Translations under genes and position numbers: made by a program
Shown: in pieces, positions 1 through 13,244 of the stretch
Layout of the letters: the number at the start of each line of letters is the position of its first letter
Numbering within the stretch: position 1 is the first letter of the stretch
From: Macrostomum lignano
Lineage: Eukaryota
Reading direction: 5' to 3'
Length of the DNA: 64,000 nt
NCBI GenBank assembly: GCA_002269645.1
Contig: NIVC01003636.1
Coordinates: forward strand, 1-64,000
The notes under the pieces: generated by a model
Seen by the model: only the letters and a program-made list of their open reading frames with translations
The model's database searches: none
What the model was told of the DNA's origin: nothing

Positions 1-400
1 GCTATCCGGTAGCCTCTACAGACACCCTCTACAGCTATCCGGTAGCCTCTACAGACACCCTCTACAGCTATCTGGTAGCTTCTACAGACACCCCTCTACA
101 GCTATCCGGTAGCTTCTACAGACACCCTCTACAGCTATCCGGTTAGCTTCTACGGACACCCTCTACAGCTATCCGGTAGCTTCTACAGACACCCTCTACA
201 GCTATCCAGTAGCCTCTACAGACACCCTCTACAGCTATCCGGTAGCTTCTACAGACAACCTCTACAGCTATCCGGTAGCTTCTACAGACACCCTCTACAG
301 CTATTCGGTAGCTTTTACAGACACCTTCTACAGCTATCCGGTAGCTTCTACAGACACTTTCTACAGCTAACTGGTACCCTCTACAGACAACCTCTACAGT
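1..400. repeat. 33-bp minisatellite, pecanex intron 5
   Basis: Unit CTCTACAGACACCCTCTACAGCTATCCGGTAGC. Confidence 0.95.
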
Positions 401-529
401 TTCCTTCCTTTTAAGGGCTTTGAGACTCAAATTTAATCAAACGTAGCACACACACGAAAAATAGACACACTTTCGAGCGCTACATATCGCTAAACAAGCC
501 AACAATATGACACGAAACGCATTACACTA

Positions 530-778
<249 letters not shown>

Positions 779-944
779 CTGCAATTTCAATTTTGAATAA
801 CAGAACTGTGAGGGAAAAACTAGCGTTTCTTAGAAACTGTACCGAAATATATCTTAATTGCAAAAAATATTGCTTTCGATACATATCGGCAATAAAACTA
901 CTGACCTACTTAAAATTGTTTTGATCTACGAGAATTAGAATGAG

Positions 945-1895
945 TCTGACCTACCTAAAATGAGCCTGACTTACCTAGAATAAGTCTGACCTATCTAGGA
1001 TGAATATGATCTATCTAGAATAAGTCTGACCTATCTAGGATGAATATGATCTATCTAGAATAAGTCTGACCTATCTAGGATGAATCTGACCTATCTAGGA
1101 TGAATCTGACCTACCTAAGATGAATCTGACCTACCTAGGATGAATCTGACCTATCTAGGATGAATCTTACCTACCTAGGATGAATCTGACCTATCTAGGA
1201 TGAATCTTTGACCTACCCAGAATAGGTCTAACCACCTAGGATGAATCTGACCTATCTAGGATGAATCTGACCTTACCTAGGATGAATCTGACCTACCTAG
1301 GATGAATCTGACCTATCTAGGATGATCTGACCTATCTAGGATGAATCTGACCTACCTAGGATGAATCTGACCTACCTAGGATGAATCTGACCTATCTAGG
1401 ATGAATCTGACCTATCTAGGATGAAATCTGACCTATCTAGGATGAATCTGACCTACCTAGGATGAATCTGAACTACCTAGGATGAATCTGACCTACTAGG
1501 ATGAATCTGAACTACCTAGGATGAATCTGACCTACCTAGGATGAATCTGACCTATCTAGGATGAATCTTACCTACCTAGGATGAATCTGACCTACCTAGG
1601 ATGAATCTGACCTATCTAGATGATCTGACCTACCTAAGATGAATCTGACCTATTCTAGGATGAATCTTACCTACTAGAAAGTATGACCTACTAGGATGAA
1701 TCTGACCTACCTAGGATGAATCTGATCCATACTAGGATGAATCTGAACTACCAGGCATGAATCTGACCTATTAGGAGAATCTTACCTACCTAGGATGAAT
1801 CTGACCTATCTAGGATGAATCTGACCTATCTAGGATGAATCTGACCTACCTAGAATAGGCTCTGACCTACCTAGAACAGGTCTGACCTACCAGAA
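945..1895. repeat. 20-bp minisatellite, pecanex intron 4
   Basis: Unit CTGACCTA(C/T)CTAGGATGAAT. Confidence 0.95.
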
Positions 1896-1929
1896 TAAGC
1901 AAAACACAGATAGTAAAGCTGCACTAAAC

Positions 1930-2318
1930 CTGAGCAATCATCCCAGTATGGACGCATCCGCTCTCTTAGTATTATAATTCTTCTCCCAAAATTTTAACGG
2001 GTCTGACGTACGACGTAAGGAAAGATAGCGCTACAAAGAATGGCTGCAGAGGCGTACTGAACACAGTTGATATAGCAATTTGAATGAGCATAAACACGAA
2101 TGCGGTATCCAGAATGCTTGTGCCAGCACGTGAAACGGATCTCCCCAAGACACCTGCCACGGAGCCAGATAACATAGACAAAATTAACTCGCTGACTAAA
2201 TTCGACGCCTTTGGCGTACAGAAACGACACAAGAAGGTAATCAATAAGGTAGGTCTCTGAGCAGCCGGCATAGTCGTAATTGAATAACAGATAGGTGAAC
2301 GCGTGCACCAGGTATTGC
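1930..2318 (-). CDS. pcnx: Pecanex exon 4 (apparent frameshifts)
   Basis: QYLVHAFTYLLFNYDY, APWQVSWG..FH...IPHS, STPLQPF..LTSYVRPVK, WEKNYNTKR are conserved pecanex motifs split between frames. Confidence 0.85.
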
Positions 2319-2394
2319 CTGTGTGGTAATATTGGTTGTGCAGGTATGCCAGATTAGCCATTCAAATATTCTTTATTAACCTTTTATGGCCTAC

Positions 2395-3019
2395 GTCTCT
2401 ACCTACCCTATTCTACCAACCTCTCCATCCTATTATACCCAACCTCTATCATATTCTACCCATCCTCTATCATATTCTACCCAACCGCTATCATATTCTA
2501 CACAACCTCTTCATATTTCTACCCTACCTCCATCATATTCTACCCAACCGCTTCATATTCTACCCATCCTCTATCATATTCTACCCATCCTCTATCATAT
2601 TCTACCAACGCCTATCATATTCTACACAACCTTATCATATTCTACCCAACCGCTATCATATTCTACACAACCTCTATCCCCTTCTACCTACTCTATCTCA
2701 TTCTATCTTACCTTTCTATTTCCTATTCTACCCTACCTTTCTATCACATTCTACCCTTACATCTCTATCCTATTCTACCCTACTTTTTTATCTCATTCTA
2801 TATTAGCTATATCATATTTCTACCCTACCTCCATCATATTCTACACAACCTCTATCCTATTCTACCTCTCTATCCCCTTCTACCCTACCTCTATCTCATT
2901 CTATCTTACCTTTCTATCCTATTCTACCCTACCTTTCTATCACATTCTACCCTACATCTCTATCCTATCTACCCTACTTTTTTATCTCATTCTATATTAG
3001 CTATATCATATTCTACCCA
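2395..3019. repeat. About 21-bp minisatellite, pecanex intron 3
   Basis: Unit CTATCATATTCTACCCAACC(T/G), degenerating rightwards. Confidence 0.9.
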
Positions 3020-3031
3020 GTGAAAACTAAC

Positions 3032-3288
3032 CTAGGCGACGCTGAGAACACAGATCTGGTCATTTTCAGAGCGCACAAGCCCAACAAGATGGCAGCCGGT
3101 AAACGACCAAATTTCACTGTCAAAGGCTGAGCGGACATTGTGCAGGCTGACAGGCAGATGGCTGCAGCAGGATGCCCCGTTCCACTACCGATAGGTACAG
3201 AGCTGCCAGCTCGTATTTAGCGGCTTACTCGGTGCTGCTGCTGACGTTGCTGGGGTCGCCGTTTAACGAAGTCTGTTGTTCAGACGGT
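3032..3288 (-). CDS. pcnx: Pecanex exon 3
   Basis: LYLSVVERGILL and GLCALKMTRSVFSASP resemble pecanex FVEKNIIYP / GLKLLRSSFSSP; AG/GT boundaries at 3289 and 3031; indels present. Confidence 0.75.
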
Positions 3289-3387
3289 CTGGTTTATGGC
3301 GATACGGGGATTGTTAATATTAAATCTATGTTATCGCCTACTTAAAACACTTGAAAGACAATATTTTTATATTATTGCGTGTGTGCA

Positions 3388-3626
3388 AATCCAGAGAGAC
3401 AGACAGACGACAGACAGACAGACAGACAGACAGGCAGGCAGACAGACAGACAGACAGACAGACACACAGACAGGCAGGCAGACAGACATACAGACAGACA
3501 GACACACAGACAGACAGACAGCGACAGATAGACAGACAGACAGACAGACAGGCAGACAGACAGGACAGACAGACAGGCAGACAGACACACAGACAGACAG
3601 ACAGACAGACAGACAGATAGACAGTC

Positions 3627-3659
<33 letters not shown>

Positions 3660-3692
3660 CACAGACAGACAGGCAGACAGACAGACAGACAC

Positions 3693-3725
<33 letters not shown>

Positions 3726-3734
3726 TAGACAGGC

Positions 3735-3767
<33 letters not shown>

Positions 3768-3782
3768 GGCAGGCAGACAGAC

Positions 3783-3823
<41 letters not shown>

Positions 3824-3898
3824 GGCAGGCAGACAGACAGACAGACAGACACACAGACAGGCAGACAGGCAGACAGACAGACAGACAGGCAGACAGAT

Positions 3899-3938
<40 letters not shown>

Positions 3939-4320
3939 TATAGACAGACAGACAGACAGGCAGGCAGACAGACAGACAGACAGATAGACAGACAGACAGA
4001 CAGGCAGGCAGACAGACAGACAGACAGACAGGCAGGCAGGCCAGACAGACAGACAGACAGACAGACAGACAGGCAGCAGGCAGACAGACAGACAGAAAGA
4101 CAGACACACAGACAGGCAGGCAGGCAGACAGACAGACAGACACACAGACAGGCAGGCAGGCAGACAGACAGACAGACAGACACACAGACAGAAAGACAGA
4201 CACACAGACAGGCAGGCAGACAGACAGACAGACAGACACACAGACAGGCAGGCAGGCAGACAGACAGACAGACAGACACAGACAGAAGACAAACACACAG
4301 ACAGGCAGGCAGACAGACAT
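3388..4320. repeat. (GACA/GGCA)n microsatellite, pecanex intron 2
   Basis: Direct reading. Confidence 0.97.
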
Positions 4321-4365
4321 AAAGACACCGTAGGCCGATAAGACAATAAATCCGGTCATAAACAC

Positions 4366-4921
4366 CTGAGCAGAGGGCGCCGGAACAGCATCAAGGATAC
4401 TCCTGCCGCAGCCTCGGCAGCAGATAGTGCAGAAGCAGTCCAACAACCAATTCTACTAGCAGCAGAACGGGATGCAGAGCCGGTTGCAAAGCTTTAAACA
4501 CGTGCTAACGTGAGCAGCGAAGGCCAATATGGCTACTAAAGCGCAGATGATGCATTATTAGCTAGGCGAGCCTGCATAGAGGCGCGTCATCTCTGCCGGC
4601 AAAGGATCTGTGGTGTCCACGGCTTCGTTTGCAGCACCAGACAGGACGCCACTCTCTACTAATGTTGAACTTCTAGCAGCAGCTCGTTCCGGAAAATCCT
4701 CGGTAGCGGCAGACTGTCGCCGACGACAACCTTCAACATCGTCAACTGGCACGGTGGAGCTTGTTGATCTTGATTCTGATTTGCCTACTAGAAGTAGCAT
4801 CTTCGTTTGTTGTTGGCCGGTGCAACAGGGCCAACAACGCACAGTGCAGAGATGAGATGGATGGATCTGCCGGCGCGCGGCCCAGGTGATATGAGATGGC
4901 TAGTAGGGCACCAGCGAATAC
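4366..4921 (-). CDS. pcnx: Pecanex exon 2 (apparent frameshifts)
   Basis: CAG|[49 protein letters not shown] match pecanex across shifting frames; donor CAG|GTGTTT at 4365. Confidence 0.85.
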
Positions 4922-4964
4922 CTGAGCGAAGCATGGGATATGATTGTGTTTATCAAGTGCTTGT

Positions 4965-6135
4965 CTAAGTGCCTAATTCAATCTTGCAGCGTGTCCTAAT
5001 TGTCTAATCCTTGCCTAATCCTATCCTATAGCATGTTACAATTGCCTAATCTTATCTTGCAGTATTTTTAATCGCCTAATCCAACGTTACAATGTGTCCC
5101 AATCGCCTAATCTTATCGTACAGAATGTCCTAATTGTCTAATCCTTGCCTAATTCTATCCTACAGCATGTTACAATTGCCTAATCTTATCTTACAGCGTG
5201 TCCTAATTGCTTAAACCTATCCTACAGTATGTTTTAATCGCCTAATCCAACGTTACAATGTGTCCCAATCGCCTAATCTTATCGTACAGAATGTCCTAAT
5301 TGCCTAATCCTTGCCTAATTGTATCCTACAGCATGTTCTAATTGCCTAATCTCACTTTACAATGTCTCTATCGCCTAATTGTATAATATTATCTTACAGC
5401 GTACCCTAATAACAACTGGTCCATATCAACTAGTCCTGTCTAATCGTATCTTACAGCTAATCCTAACTGCTAATCGTATCTAACAGAATGTCTTAATTGC
5501 CTAATTATATCCCGTAGAATATTTTAATTGTCTAATCTTATCCTACAGCTGGTCCTAATTGTCTAATCATATCTTACAACGTGTTTCTACTTGTCTAATC
5601 CTACCCTATACAGTATGTTCTAATTGTCTAATCCCACGTTAAAATGTGTCACAATCGTCTAATCACATCGTACAGAATAGAATGCCCTAATTGCCTAATC
5701 CTATCTTGAAGCGTGCCTAATAACTTAATCTTGCTTTATAACTGGTCCTGTTTATTGGTATTTACACCTGGTCCTAATCGTCTAATCCTATCCTACGAAT
5801 GTTTTAATTGCTGAATCTTATCTTACGTGTCTTAATTACAGGTACCTAATCGTATTTTACACTGTCCTAATTGCCTAATCTTTTCTCCAAGCATAATCCA
5901 ATCGCCTAATTTTAACCTACAGCGTGTTCTAATAGCCTAACACTATCTTAATTATGTATTCTGATCGCCTTATAGTATTTTACAGCATGTCGTCCTTACC
6001 ACATAAGCATATCCTAATACGTGTAACAATTATCCAAGCCCTAGCTTATAGCCGTCCTAACCCTATCTTAATAAAAAAGAATTAATCGACCGCAATCTTA
6101 CCGCATCTTACAGTGTGCTCTAATATTATATTCCA
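4965..6135. repeat. Degenerate approximately 30-bp CCTAAT-rich minisatellite, pecanex intron 1
   Basis: Recurrent CCTAATTG.CTAATC.TATC.TACAG units. Confidence 0.8.
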
Positions 6136-6217
6136 GTGTATCATATAACTGCCTAATCTCAATCTATACACATGGATATTTATAAACCCACAACTCTAAA
6201 AAATACCCCAAACTCAC

Positions 6218-9200
6218 AGACATGGCAGCCTCGGAGTGACTAGCAAACGCCATCAGGGCTAGCAGAGTTAAACACAGCCACACTAGCAAGCCTCGAACAA
6301 TCACATAGACTCCGGACACAATACCCGTGACAGAATTGCCGCCAAACAGATGCGTCTCAACCTGTTCGCAAGCGTAAGTTACAAACGTATCCGGCTGCGG
6401 CAGTAGGCCAAATAGGAACACCAGCGGCAGAGCTGACACAAAACCGGACCAGATGCGATAGGCGGATAGCCAGAAGGTTGCGGAGGTCGGTTGCAAAGAA
6501 TACACGGAAGGACCATTCTCGGTCATAGCCGACGCTGCCACAGCTGCCTCCCTAAATCCGATAAGCATAGCCGAGCAAAGACAGAAGTAGAAAGCCCTGC
6601 TGAACGCCATCACCCGGTTGAGACCGTGAGTAGGAGACGACGGGTCCGGTTCAACCGCGTGAACTAGCGAGAAATGTGCGGTAGCCATCGTGAAACAATA
6701 AATCAGAGCCCAGATGTCGCGATACAAGCCCAAGTGTAGTACGTAGGTGCCAATGATGCAAACTAATATGGCGGCTAATATTGACAGCACGCTGTCCAAG
6801 GTGACAAAAGGGTCCAGCAGGGAGCGCAATTGAAGACGATTGAATCGTACGCGCACTGTGGACTTGATACACGGCAACAATCGGAATCTATAATCAACTT
6901 TAGTGCGCCGTTCCGACGATCGATCTCGATAGCGATGATGCGGATGGTTGTTATCGTTTCCGCCGCCTGCTTCAATTGTTGGCTGACTGGAGAAGGCGAA
7001 AAAGTCGGGCACTTCGGCTTGTAGACCGGTTCTGTTGTAGGTGCCGAAGGCTCTGAGCTCTAGTTCTTGGATAGGATCCAGAGACAGCTGCGCAGCGGCT
7101 CCAGCGCCAGTTGAAACGGCGGCGGCGGCGCCGGAACCTGAAGATGAAGCTTGAACAATATCAGGGTCGGGATGATGCAACGGCTGATGGCGCTGCACGA
7201 TGCTCTGCTCGCCGCCAAACGTGTAGCTCATTAAATTGCCAGCCTCGTCGTGGTAATAGTGCACGGCGCCTACCGAGGTATCGTCATAGGATTCGGCAAC
7301 GTGGACAGTCCAGGGAGGAGCTGCGGACGCTGACGAGTCCTGGGCTGACGCGGCATCGCTCGACGCGGCCGCTGCTGCAGACGTTGAAGGCATTGAGTCG
7401 TCTCTTCCGCTAGCGCCGACTCGTTGCTGATGACTCGGTAGCCGGCGACGCCTTGTAGCAGCTAGACGCTGTCTCACGTTGGGAGCGACCGAGGCTGACG
7501 ACGCTCTCTTCTGCGACGGCGCCTCGTCCGAGTCACTGACTCGATGCTGCTCGCCATGCTCGTTAGTTGCAGTGTCGTCTTCGCTATTGCTCTTCCGCGA
7601 CCGACGATCGTCAGCATCCGCAGCGTTGGCTTCGGGGACGTCCGTCAAGTCGTCGCCGCTATCAACGCAAGCCGTGGCACCCGTAGGCAACAGTTGAGCC
7701 CGTTCTTCCGCCGTCGAAGGCTGCTGCTTCAGCCTGACTGAAGCTCGCGAATGTCCAGCAGTCAAAGTTTCCGAAGCGTCTGTTCCACTTGAATGAAAAA
7801 TCCACGAGTGCAGAGATACCGTAGATGTTGACGATTTCTCAGATCGATCAACGGCCGTAGTCGAAGACGGAGGCGGCGCTTGCGGCGGAGTTCGCGCCGT
7901 CGGTAAAGGCAACGGGAGAGTTTCGGCGGTCACCGCCGGAGCTGATGGCAGATGCTCGCGCAAGCTGTAACTCCGGCGACAGTGTACAACAGCGGTGGCC
8001 ACGGTGGATGCTGAGACATTATTCGAGGCTGAGGTTGCGGTGGACGAAGTTGTTGTAGCGGCAGAGGCTGCAGCGGCGGCGGCAGCAGCGCGACGACCCG
8101 CGGCAGCAGCAACGGCAGCCGCGCGAAGGCTCTGCGAGCGACCAACTCCTGGGCCAGTCACTCGACGAGTTGGCGGAGGCGGAGGTGCACCATCGGAGCT
8201 TGCCTGCGACGATTGTTGCTGCTGCTGCTGACTACTAGAATACCGTCTAAGACTGTCCCGATGCCGTTGCGAGCCGTTTCTACTGCGTTGAAACGGCTGC
8301 GAAAAGCTTCTAGACGTTGGATGCAGATCCAAAAGTTCTAAATCTTTAGCCGACGGTACAAAATTATCCATACCGTTGATGCTGTGCAGTGGCAGTTGAT
8401 TCACCTCCCGAGCTAGCGACTCCAGGCACTGAGTGTAGGCTTGCCGACGACTTCCCGATGCGGACGATGCAGCTGAGGTTTGTTGCTGCTGTGGCTGCAG
8501 ATTTTGCTGCTGCAGTTGCTGCTGTTGTTGACTGTGAATTCTATTTGGTAGCGAGAGCTTCCTCGATAGACCGCAACTACCAGAAACGTCAGCAGACGAA
8601 TTAGCTTGCTGATGCTGCTGATTCGGAAGCTGAGAAGCCGGCGTTGCTTTCCTAGCACTAAGACTTCGGTCGATGCCGTGACGATTACGCGGACGTTGAA
8701 GTCTTTGCTGCTGTTGAGCAATAGGTCGCTGATTTGAACTACCCGAGCGTTCTTCGAGTTCGCTGCACTCCAATATCGGATCCGTTGCTATCCGATGAAA
8801 GCTGCTACTGGAGGCGTCCACGTTAGCGTTTGAATTTGTGGCAGCGGCAGCTGCTTGCGAGTCTGCGTTGGAATTCGCCGATGCCGATTGCTGCTGACTG
8901 CCATTGTCGATTCGAATCTCCTGCAACTCGATATCGTCCACATCGCCAACTCCTGGTTGCTGACTGTCGCCAGCTTCGGCTGACGAGGAATCCGCAGCAC
9001 CAGCAGCAGCAGCAGCTTCATCAACTATCGGAGCATGCTTATCAAACAGGTGATGCAACCGATAGTTAATCAGCTTCAATACCAGAAAGATAAAAGCAAC
9101 CGGAGCAGAGTAGACAAGAATAGCTAGGCCCAGACTGTTCACTGTCAGGTGTACAATAAAAGGAAACAGTAGGAATATTAGCCACAAGTACAGGTGAAAG

Positions 9201-9304
9201 ATGTTGCCAAAATCTGACCGATTAACGTCGTAGTACCAGCCGCCAGTGAGGGCGGACCAAACGCCGTGCCGCAATATGCTCAAGACTGTTGTGTCCTCGA
9301 CCAT
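6218..9304 (-). CDS. pcnx: Pecanex family protein, exon 1
   Basis: N-terminus LRHGVWSALTGGWYYD...NIFHLYLWL and distal DPSSPTHGLNRVMAFSRAFYFC / LPLVFLFGLLPQPDTF...EQVETHLFGG match pecanex; ends at ATGTCT|GTGAGT donor (6217). Confidence 0.93.
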
Positions 9305-9663
9305 GGCTAAGCAGTTAGGCCTGATCTTTCTGGTTCTCTCTCTGCTACCCTAAGAGCAGACTATTTTTTGATGGCTTGCTTAGCCAACAACCCAGTTGTT
9401 TGTTGGCCAACCAATAAGTCGAACAGAAACAAATGATAAGATGGATACTAGATATACGTTTTGGCAAATTCTTCAAACTTTATTCAATCAACTAAAAATG
9501 ACAAAAACGCAGACAAACGTACATTAAGAAAGGGTGAAATAAATCACTTCATTTAGTTAGTCATTTTATTTAACAAGATAACAATTAAAATGCATATTTA
9601 ATCTAACATAAATGGCCGTGAGAATGGCTGATCCTGTGATGAATGAGCAACGATATTGAAGAT

Positions 9664-10755
9664 CATGGGTCAACAACTCAATTAGCTGGCACTTTGGAGC
9701 TAGATGGGTCAACAACTCAATTAGCTGGCACTTTGGAGCTAGATGGGTCAACAACTCAATTAGCTGGCACTTTGGAGCTAGATGGGTCAACAACTCAATT
9801 AGCTGGCACTTTGGAGCTAGATGGGTCAACAACTCAATTAGCTGGCACTTTGGAGCTAGATGGGTCAACAACTCAATTAGCTGGCACTTTGGAGCTAGAT
9901 GGGTCAACAACTTTAATTAGCTGGCACTTGGAGCTAGATGGGTCAACAACTCAATTAGCTGGCACTTTGGAGCTAGATGGGTCAACAACTCAATTAGCTG
10001 GCACTTTGAAGCTAGATGGGTCAACAACTTTAATTAGCTGGCACTTGGAGCTAGATGGGTCAACAACTCAATTAGCTGGCACTTTGGAGCTAGATGGGTC
10101 AACAACTCAATTAGCTGGCACTTTGGAGCTAGATGGGTCAACAACTTTAATTAGCTGGCACTTGGAGCTAGATGGGTCAACAACTTTAATTAGCTGGCAC
10201 TTGGAGCTAGATGGGTCAACAACTCAATTAGCTGGCACTTTGGAGCTAGATGGGTCAACAACTCAATTAGCTGGCACTTTGGAGCTAGATGGGTCAACAA
10301 CTCAATTAGCTGGCACTTTGGAGCTAGATGGGTCAACAACTCAATTAGCTGGCACTTGGAGCTAAATGGGTCAACAACTCAACTAGCTGGAACTTGGAGC
10401 TAGATGGGTCAACAACTCAACTAGCTGGCACTTGGAGCTAGATGGGTCAACAACTCAACTAGCTGGCACTTGGAGCTAGATGGGTCAACAACTCAATTAG
10501 CTGGCCCTTGGAGCTAGATGGGTCAACAACTCAACTAGCTGGAACTTGGAGCTAAATGGGTCAACAACTCAACTAGCTGGAACTTGGATCTAGATGGGTC
10601 AACAACTCAATTAGCTGGCACTTGGAGCTAGATGGGTCAACAACTCAACTAGCTGGAACTTGGAGCTAGATGGGTCAACAACTCAATTAGCTGGAACTTG
10701 GAGCTAGATGGGTCAACAACTCAACTAGCTGGAACTTGGAGCTAGATGGGTCAAC
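9664..10755. repeat. 39/38-bp minisatellite between the TRIT1 stop and pecanex
   Basis: Unit GATGGGTCAACAACTCAATTAGCTGGCACTTTGGAGCTA. Confidence 0.97.
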
Positions 10756-10811
10756 TTTGACATGATCAACATGAATTAACAACTATGCTTGAAAGTCAGT
10801 CAATTTACTAT

Positions 10812-11690
10812 TCATCCAGTAACAGCCCGCGAAGAAGAACGCCCTGAGTCATTATTGTCAACTGCTGATTCTTCGCTACCGTCAGCAGCTTCAGCATTCC
10901 GGTCGATAACCACAACGGCATTCGGGTCGGAATGACCAGCAGCAATTCTAGCGGCCAATCTTCTTAAACCGGCCATCCGTTTGGCGTGTCTCCTACTGCT
11001 CATATGCTCCTTGTACTGATCCCGTTGAGCAAAAGTGACACCGCAGTGGTCGCAACGCAGCTCTAAGCTTCTACCAATCCTTACACTATCAGATTCGCTG
11101 TCATCAAGGCTACTTGAAGAACCCACTAGCCCGCGCGGTTCTGTTGCTAATCGAGTCGAATGCTTGAGTAGAATATTTTCATCTGATTTTAACAGAGCTT
11201 CAACAATTTCAAAGGCGGGCTGACGTACTCCGGTAGTCCAGTCCGATTCAACTAAACTATCGGCATTCAACAGATACACTGGCGCGTAATTATCGTCGGA
11301 ATGACGCAGGAATCTGTTGCGCAACCATTTCTCCTGTTGCACTGCGTATCGTTTAGTGCGCTGTTTCATCAGTTCAATACCAGATTTGAGAGCTAATTGG
11401 CCTTCGGCGCTATCGCGCTGCTCTGGCGACATTAGCAGGTAAGAATGAAACTCCTTAAATCCGATGCTCTGAAATATGCCTCTAGTATAGTCTTTACTAG
11501 CGCCTGCACCGACTCTACTAGCATTGAACTCCGAGTGGAATGCTTCCAGCTCCGCTAACAGGCCCGATTGGATCATTTTATCAACCCGACAGTCTAGACG
11601 GCGTTCTAGATGGTCGCGGCGGCAGGCGAGCCACAGAATGGCCAGGCGGTCAGGCGGATAGCGCAACGGGCCAGAGAAATGGTCGCCCAG
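10812..11690 (-). CDS. TRIT1: tRNA dimethylallyltransferase exon 4 with C-terminal C2H2 zinc finger
   Basis: RLDCRVDKMIQSGLLAEL, GIFQSIGFKEFH, TKRYAVQQEKWLRNR, CDHC...HMSSRRH; stop at 10812. Confidence 0.93.
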   Translation of the reverse strand: MGDHFSGPLRYPPDRLAILWLACRRDHLERRLDCRVDKMIQSGLLAELEAFHSEFNASRVGAGASKDYTRGIFQSIGFKEFHSYLLMSPEQRDSAEGQLALKSGIELMKQRTKRYAVQQEKWLRNRFLRHSDDNYAPVYLLNADSLVESDWTTGVRQPAFEIVEALLKSDENILLKHSTRLATEPRGLVGSSSSLDDSESDSVRIGRSLELRCDHCGVTFAQRDQYKEHMSSRRHAKRMAGLRRLAARIAAGHSDPNAVVVIDRNAEAADGSEESAVDNNDSGRSSSRAVTG

Positions 11691-11837
11691 CTGGTGGAAA
11701 TGATGGCGATGATGATGGGTTTCAATTCAAGATTGAAACGAGTCAATCATTAGCTAGGCCGATTACTAACAGTTAATAACGTCTGCTATCAGTTAAATGG
11801 CGATAATGAATATTGTTCAAAAATAATCATTCTAATC

Positions 11838-12935
11838 ACTTGAAACTGCTACCCTGTCACTCTATTGTCACTTGAAACTGCCACCCTGTCACTCTATTGT
11901 CACTTGAAACTGCTACCCTGTCACTCTATTGTCACTTGAAACTGCTACCCTGTCACTCTATTGTCACTTTAAACTGCTACCCTGTCACTCTATTGTCACT
12001 TTAAACTGCTACCCTGTCACTCTATTGTCACTTTAAACTGCTACCCTGTCACTCTATTGTCACTTTAAACTGCTACCCTGTCACTCTATCGTCACTTTAA
12101 ACCGCTACCCTGTCACTCTATTGTTACTTTAAACTGCTACCTTGTCACTCTATTGTCACTTGAAACTGCTACCCTGTCACTCTATCGTCACTTGAAACTG
12201 CTACCCTGTCACTCTATTGTCACTTTAAACTGCTACCCTGTCACTCTATTGTCACTTTAAACTGCTACCCTGTCACTCTATTGTCACTTTAAACTGCTAC
12301 CCTGTCACTCTATTGTCACTTGAAACTGCTACCCTGTCACTCTATTGTCACTTTAAACTGCTACCCTGTCACTCTATTGTCACTTTAAACTGCTACCCTG
12401 TCACTCTATTGTCACTTTAAACTGCTACCCTGTCACTCTATTGTCACTTTAAACTGCTACCCTGTCACTCTATTGTCACTTGAAACTGCTACCCTGTCAC
12501 TCTATTGTCACTTGAAACTGCTACCCTGTCACTCTATTGTCACTTGAAACTGCTACCCTGTCACTCTATTGTCACTTTAAACTGCTACCCTGTCACTCTA
12601 AAGTGTCACACCGTTAATCTAAACTGTCACCCTGTCACTCTAAACTGTCACACCGTCAATCTAAACTGTCACACCGTCACTCTAAACTGTCACACCGTCA
12701 CTCTAAAGTGTCACCCTGTCACTCTAAAGTGTCACTCTATCACTAAACTGTCACCCTGTCAGTATAAACAGTCACCCTGTCACTCTTAACTGTCACCGTG
12801 TTACTTTAAACCGTCACACTGTCACTATAAACAGTCACCCTGTCACTCTTAACTGTCACCGTGTCACTCTAAACTGTCACACTGTCACTCTAAACTGTCA
12901 AACTATCACTCTGAACTGTCACCCCGTCACTCTGT
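11838..12935. repeat. 32-bp then 21-bp GTCACT minisatellite, TRIT1 intron 3
   Basis: AAACTGCTACCCTGTCACTCTATTGTCACTTT switching near 12600 to AAACTGTCACACCGTCACTCT. Confidence 0.95.
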
Positions 12936-12987
12936 CACTCTCAAGCAACAACCTATTAGATTTCATTCTATTTGCTGTCCAACTCAC

Positions 12988-13231
12988 CCGGTGCTGCTCC
13001 CGAAGCATAGCGCTATAAGCCCCGTCGCCACGACGCAGATTCACCTGCAGAGCTCGAGCTACTTTGCGTCGATCGTTGGGATGCAACCGAATTGCAGCTT
13101 CGGGATCCACAGCTCTCAGCCGATTGTGCAACTCCTGGGGATCGGATTTTTCAGCAGGATCGTCCCTAAAAATGGATTGATTTGTTGGCAGAAATTTGCT
13201 CATGTTAAAGTTTTCAGTTGTGAAGTTGCCA
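12988..13231 (-). CDS. TRIT1: tRNA dimethylallyltransferase exon 3
   Basis: LHNRLRAVDPEAAIRLHPNDRRKVARAL motif; TTCAG acceptor and GTGAGT donor. Confidence 0.92.
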
Positions 13232-13244
13232 CTGAATCAATCTA

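Noticed and set aside
9643-10365. GSTTQLAGTLELD repeat ORF resembling ice-nucleation repeats
   Set aside because: 38-bp variants break the frame, there is no non-repeat domain, and it lies antisense in a probable 3' UTR.
9664-10755. CRISPR-like appearance of 30-39-bp repeats (here and elsewhere)
   Set aside because: No unique spacers, no cas genes, eukaryotic context.
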